DNA of 64,000 nucleotides from Alphaproteobacteria bacterium (GTDB lineage Bacteria; Pseudomonadota; Alphaproteobacteria; MPNO01; UBA830): NCBI GenBank assembly GCA_965243135.1, contig OZ251539.1, positions 3,776,001 to 3,840,000 of the forward strand, read 5' to 3'. Shown piece by piece: positions 59,426 to 64,000 of this stretch (position 1 is its first letter; each line of letters starts with the position of its first letter). The notes under the pieces were generated by a model. It saw only the letters and a program-made list of their open reading frames with translations, ran no database searches and was not told where the DNA came from. The position numbers and the translations under genes were made by a program.

Positions 59426-60670
59426 ATGGCCGGCCGCATGATCGAAATCGCTTCCCGCGACGGGGGCGCCTTCCGGGGATACCTGTCGGCGCCGGAGCGC
59501 GGCTCCGGGCCCGGACTGATCCTGGGCCAGGAAATCTTCGGCGTGAATCCGACCATGCGGGCGGTCGCGGACTACTTCGCCGAGGAAGGCTATACGGTGC
59601 TCGCGCCCGACATGTTCTGGCGGCTCGAACCCGGCGTCGAGCTGGCCTACACCGAGGCGGACTTCCAGAAAGCGTTCGGCTATTTCGAGCGCTTCGACGT
59701 CGATCTGGCGGTCGAGGACATCGCGGCGGCGATGGACGCGCTCCGGAACCTCGACGAATGCGAAGGCGATGTCGGCTACATGGGCTTCTGCCTCGGCGGA
59801 AAGCTCGCCTACCTGACGGCGGCGCGTCTGAACCCCGCGGTCGCCGTCTCCTTCTACGGAGTCGGCCTTCCGGAACTGCTGGACGAAGCGAAGAACGTCG
59901 ACTGCCCGATGGTCTTCCATTGCCCGGATCTCGACGAACTGATGCCGCCGGAGGGCGTCGCCGCCCTGCGCGAGACGTTCGCCGGACGCGACGACGTCGA
60001 AATCTACGGATACCCGGGCGCGGATCACGGGTTCTGCAACCGCGACAGGGACGTTTTCGACAAGCCTTCGGCGTCGATGGCGCACACCCGGACCATCGCC
60101 GCGCTGCGGCGGGCGCTGGGGCCGCGCTACGATCTGAGCGCGTTGTGGGACAAGCACTGCGAGTACGAGTTCATGACCCGCGACGTGGACGCGACGATGT
60201 CGACGATGGTCGACGAGCCCTACGTCAATCACGTTCCGACCCTGACCGGAGGGGTCGGCTACAAGGAACTGCACCGCTTCTACCTGAACCACTTCGTTCA
60301 CGCCAATCCGGAAGACACCAAGCTGATTCCCGTGTCGCGCACCGTCGGCGCCGACCGGGTGGTGGACGAACTGCTGTTCTGCTTCACGCACACCCGGGAA
60401 ATCGACTGGATGCTGCCCGGCGTCGAGCCGACCGGGAAGTACGTCGAGATCCCGGTCGTCGCCATCGTCAATTTCCGCGGAGGCAAGCTCTATCACGAGC
60501 ACATCTACTGGGATCAGGCGTCGGTGCTGACGCAGATCGGATTGCTGGATCCGGAAAACCTGCCCGTCGCCGGCCACGACGTCGCGAAGAAGATGATGGA
60601 CGCCGCGAGCCTGCCGTCGAACGGCTTGATGGAGCGCTGGGCGGAATCCGCGCCGCAGCCTGGAGATTGA
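59426..60670 (+). CDS. Dienelactone hydrolase fused to a SnoaL-like/ester-cyclase domain
   Basis: QEIFGVN, GFCLGG, HGF; then YVNHVPT..HEHIYWDQASVL. Confidence 0.9.
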   Translation: MAGRMIEIASRDGGAFRGYLSAPERGSGPGLILGQEIFGVNPTMRAVADYFAEEGYTVLAPDMFWRLEPGVELAYTEADFQKAFGYFERFDVDLAVEDIAAAMDALRNLDECEGDVGYMGFCLGGKLAYLTAARLNPAVAVSFYGVGLPELLDEAKNVDCPMVFHCPDLDELMPPEGVAALRETFAGRDDVEIYGYPGADHGFCNRDRDVFDKPSASMAHTRTIAALRRALGPRYDLSALWDKHCEYEFMTRDVDATMSTMVDEPYVNHVPTLTGGVGYKELHRFYLNHFVHANPEDTKLIPVSRTVGADRVVDELLFCFTHTREIDWMLPGVEPTGKYVEIPVVAIVNFRGGKLYHEHIYWDQASVLTQIGLLDPENLPVAGHDVAKKMMDAASLPSNGLMERWAESAPQPGD

Positions 60671-60674
60671 ACGC

Positions 60675-61397
60675 ATGGACATCGGGGCCGCAACCGTTCT
60701 CGTCACCGGATCGAACCGCGGGCTCGGCCGCGCTCTGGTCTCCGCGCTGGACGCCGCCGGCGCGCGAAAAATCTACGCCGCCGCGCGCGACCCGGCCGCG
60801 GCGGCCGATCTCGCCGACGAAGAACGCATCGTCACGCTCGCGCTCGACATCACCGACGAAGCGCAGGTGGCCGCCGCAGCCGGGCGGGCCGACGACGTCG
60901 ACCTGCTGATCAACAACGCGGGACGCAACTTCAACGTTCCCCTCGTCGCCTCGGACGGCATCGACGCCGCGCGGGAGGAGGTCGAGACCAACTATCTCGG
61001 CACCCTCCGCATGTGCCGCGCCTTCGCGCCGATCCTCGCGGCCAACGGGGGCGGAACGATCGTCAACGTGATCTCGATGCTGGCCCGCGTCTCGATCCCC
61101 GCCATCGGATCGGTGTGCGGGTCCAAGGCGGCGCTTCTGTTGATGACGGCCGGCGTCCGGGCGGAGCTCGCCCGGCAGGGAACGCATGTGATGGGCGTCC
61201 TGCCCGGCCCGATCGATACCGACATGACGCCCGGCGGCGAGTCGAGTCCCGCCGACGTCGCGGACGCGATTCTGCGCGCCGTCGCAGCCGGCGAGGAGGA
61301 AATCTGGCCCGGACCGATGGCGGAACGGGTTCGCGAAGGCCTCCTCGCCGATCCGAAGGCAGTAGAGAAGGAATTCGCCGCCTATCTCCCCGAATAG
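60675..61397 (+). CDS. Short-chain dehydrogenase/reductase
   Basis: TGSNRGLG, LINNAG, PGPIDTDM; YxxxK position reads VCGSK. Confidence 0.88.
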   Translation: MDIGAATVLVTGSNRGLGRALVSALDAAGARKIYAAARDPAAAADLADEERIVTLALDITDEAQVAAAAGRADDVDLLINNAGRNFNVPLVASDGIDAAREEVETNYLGTLRMCRAFAPILAANGGGTIVNVISMLARVSIPAIGSVCGSKAALLLMTAGVRAELARQGTHVMGVLPGPIDTDMTPGGESSPADVADAILRAVAAGEEEIWPGPMAERVREGLLADPKAVEKEFAAYLPE

Positions 61398-61883
61398 AGA
61401 TTCTTGCGTTGCTCCTGACCTCTTGAAATACAGGTAGGTTTCAGGAGCGCGGCATTTCCTTTACCCCGGCACGGAATGCTGCGAATTCTCCGCGCCGGGA
61501 GAACCGTTTGCGCGGCTTCCACCCCAAATCGCTCCTCGCCCGTGGCCCAGCTCGTCCCGAGTTTGCCGCGCGGCGCCGGGACAACCGGAAATTTTCCGCA
61601 GTTGCCCTCCCGCGCGACCCTTGCGAGCCTGCAGACAGGCGGCCGGAGCGCCGGGCGGACAGAAAATGGCACAGCGCAAACGCCTCTTTGCCCGGAACGG
61701 CGCAAGAGCGCCTGCAGGCGGACGCAGCCGCCGGGCCGAGTTCCCGGCTGCCTCCTCGGCGGAGCATCCCGTCAAGCTGTCGGCGCACAGGGTGACGAGC
61801 CGCCCTCGACGAGGCGCTTGCCGACCTAGACGGCCTTTCGCGGAGGCGGCTGCCGAAGTGTCCGAACGGGACCTCGCCCGGCT

Positions 61884-63419
61884 TCAAGCGACCTCGCAAT
61901 CGAACCCGACGACGTTGCGCTCCTTGCGGCTGAACTCCACCCCGATCAGGTGGACCGAACGTCCGAGGTGGCGGTACTTGTCCGCGTAGCCCTTCTCCCG
62001 CAACTGCGCGAGCGCAGTCCCCTCCCGCCCGCGCTCCACCACCTTGAACTCGAACAGGTAGACGCGCCCGCCGGCGCGGATCGCCATGTCGGCGCGCCCC
62101 CGGCTGCCGCTGTCCTCGGCGACCGGCTCGAAGCCCTCCATCAGGAAGCAGCTGTGGATGACGCTCGCGTAGTGGGCCTCGTACTTCGCGACCGGGCTGG
62201 TCGCGTACCATTGGTGCGGGATGGCGGCGAAAATGCCGCGGAACAGGGTCTCGATGCGCTCGAAGTCGTTCGCCTCCAGCAGTTCGCCCAGCCGCAGGCG
62301 CGCCGTCTTCTTGCGCGCCGCGTTCGGGAGCAGTTCTCCCAGCAGGGCCTCGCCCAGGCTCTGGCGCACCTCGAGGTTCGGATAGTCCAGCCGGTAGCAC
62401 CCGTCCTCCTCGCCGGCGATGGTGAGGTAGCCGGTCTGGAACAGAAGCGCCTCGACCGAGATATTGTCCACGTCGAAGGTCGAGAGCAGGCTCTCGCTGC
62501 CGGTCATGCCGTCCAGGTCGGGAGTGGGCAGGTCGCGGCGCGCCAGCGTCTCGACCAAAAAGGTCGGCGTGCCGCTATGGAACCAGTAGTTGCCGAACTT
62601 GCGTTTGTCGAACAGCAGCAGGAGGCCGAACGGGTTGTAGACCCTCTCCGGTCCGAGCCAGTTGTAGCCGTTGTACCAGCGGCGGACCTTCTCCCGGTCC
62701 AGGCCCTCGAGTTCCGGGGCGAAGACTGCGTCCAGCTCCGCTTCGGTGTAACCGCAGATGGTGCCGTAGCGCTCGTCCAGCGTGATGTCGTTCAGGTTGT
62801 TCAGGCCAGAGAACAGGCCCGCCTTCGAGAATTTGCTCACCCCCGTCAGAAAAACGAAACGGAGATGCCTGTCGCAGTCCTTGATCACCCCGTACAGGTC
62901 GCGCAGGAAGCCGCGGTTGGCCAGCGCCAGTTCCCGGTCGCCGAGCGCGTCCAGGATCGGCTTGTCGTACTCGTCCACCAGAACGACCGCCCGCTGCCCG
63001 GTGCGCTCGTGCAGTTCGGAGATCAGATGGTGCAGGCGGTCGGAGGCGTCCGGGTAGCCGCATTGGACGCCGGCGCGCTTTTCGGCGGCGTCGAGCTGCA
63101 TCATCGCGTTCCTGTGCAGCCGGTCGGGGACGACGAAATTGCGCCCGCCGAAGCTGAGCCGCACGACCGGGTGGCGCGCCGACCAGTCCCACCCGTCGTG
63201 CACGGCGAGGCCCCGAAACAACTCCTCGTTTCCCTCGAACAGCTCCTGCAGCGTGTCCACCAGAAGGGTCTTGCCGAACCGGCGCGGACGCGACAGGAAA
63301 TAGTACTTGCCCCTCTCGACGAGACGGCGCGCATGGTCCGTCTTGTCGACGTAGTAGCAGTCCATCCCCCGGATCTCCCGGAGGGAGGAAAAGCCGATCG
63401 GAAGCATGCGTTGCGTCAT
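61884..63419 (-). CDS. AAA-ATPase-like protein with C-terminal PD-(D/E)XK (DUF1703/PDDEXK_9) domain (511 aa)
   Basis: YYVDKT, SRPRRFGKT, DEYDKP, LFSGLNN, WYNGY, GRAD..FEFK, KGYADKY. Confidence 0.92.
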   Translation of the reverse strand: MTQRMLPIGFSSLREIRGMDCYYVDKTDHARRLVERGKYYFLSRPRRFGKTLLVDTLQELFEGNEELFRGLAVHDGWDWSARHPVVRLSFGGRNFVVPDRLHRNAMMQLDAAEKRAGVQCGYPDASDRLHHLISELHERTGQRAVVLVDEYDKPILDALGDRELALANRGFLRDLYGVIKDCDRHLRFVFLTGVSKFSKAGLFSGLNNLNDITLDERYGTICGYTEAELDAVFAPELEGLDREKVRRWYNGYNWLGPERVYNPFGLLLLFDKRKFGNYWFHSGTPTFLVETLARRDLPTPDLDGMTGSESLLSTFDVDNISVEALLFQTGYLTIAGEEDGCYRLDYPNLEVRQSLGEALLGELLPNAARKKTARLRLGELLEANDFERIETLFRGIFAAIPHQWYATSPVAKYEAHYASVIHSCFLMEGFEPVAEDSGSRGRADMAIRAGGRVYLFEFKVVERGREGTALAQLREKGYADKYRHLGRSVHLIGVEFSRKERNVVGFDCEVA

Positions 63420-63850
63420 TCGAAGAGGGTAGGCCGCCGCGCCGGAGCCGTCAAGGAGATGGCGGCCGGGCGGAGGCGGCGAAAACGGCGGTTTGCCGCG
63501 CCCGGGGCAATGGCTCAACTCGCGTTGCGCCGGCGACGGGCGGGAGGCCGCCGTTTCGCGGAAATCTTCCCCGCTGAAATGGATTTTCTCGCCCTCTCAA
63601 GTTTCGCCTCCCAGGCCGGCTCCGGCAAACCCGCCCGCTCTTCGGCGACAACGTCTGCAGGCGGAGCGCTGCGGTCCCGAAACCGGCGCCGAGCGGGACG
63701 TTCCTGCGGCCCGCCGCCGCGGCTACCTCGCCTTTCGTCCTGAAGATTGATCGTCCGCGCGGCCTTGTCGGTGGGCGGCCGGAGCGAATTGCGGGACGCC
63801 GGCCGGGCGTCCGGCCGACAAAAAATGGCGCAGCGCAAACGTCAGCAGCC

Positions 63851-64000
63851 TCAGTCGCGGTCGAGCCAGCCCGGCTCCACCCGCGGCAACGGTATCGCGC
63901 CCAGCAATTCGCGGGTGTAGGCGTGCCGCGGCCCGGCGAACAGGTCGGCGCAGTCTCCCTCCTCGACCACCCTGCCATCCCGCGTGACGAGAACCCGGCC
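63851..64000 (-). CDS. 3' end of a peptide/nickel ABC transporter ATP-binding protein (partial)
   Basis: RVLVTRDGRVVEEG..LFAGPRHAYTRELLGAIP then stop at 63851. Confidence 0.8.
   Translation of the reverse strand, partial: GRVLVTRDGRVVEEGDCADLFAGPRHAYTRELLGAIPLPRVEPGWLDRD

Noticed and set aside
541-63978. Many long Arg/Pro/Gly-rich ORFs (e.g. 541..1974, 1935..4304, 6643..9426, 19705..22431, 34769..37108, 61950..63743)
   Set aside because: Antisense or off-frame shadows of real genes in high-GC DNA; no recognisable motifs.

Overview
High-GC bacterial window, probably alphaproteobacterial, with many pseudogenes and IS scraps. About 35 kb (approx. 5.4-39.9 kb) is a large proteusin (NHLP-leader RiPP) biosynthetic region. 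It holds 6 intact precursors, 1 leader-only protein and 3 decayed precursors. Maturases are two near-identical inverted E1/YcaO cyclodehydratases, a SagB-type dehydrogenase, a LanM-like protein lacking cyclase Zn ligands, a PoyD/OspD-type radical SAM epimerase, four Fe(II)/2OG-type oxygenases and a nearby APH-type kinase. Export genes are the NHLP HlyD, two ABC subunits and TolC. Unusual features: (i) five cores follow a tripeptide (x-small-S/T/C) register with a central hinge; (ii) a shared GAAATTAGGGTT box precedes four precursor loci, two with C13/C16 homopolymers in the promoter spacer, suggesting phase variation; (iii) two orphan lambda gpK-like JAB+NlpC/P60 genes flank a precursor; (iv) chimeric or silent core cassettes. 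A divergent Cache/HAMP - SBP - HAMP-MFS operon and a STAS gene bracket the cluster. The right-hand 24 kb holds a TRAP transporter, tRNA-Leu(TAA), catabolic genes, decayed toxin-antitoxin modules, AAA and PD-(D/E)XK genes and a Liv-type ABC operon. All calls come from reading motifs by eye; no database searches were run.
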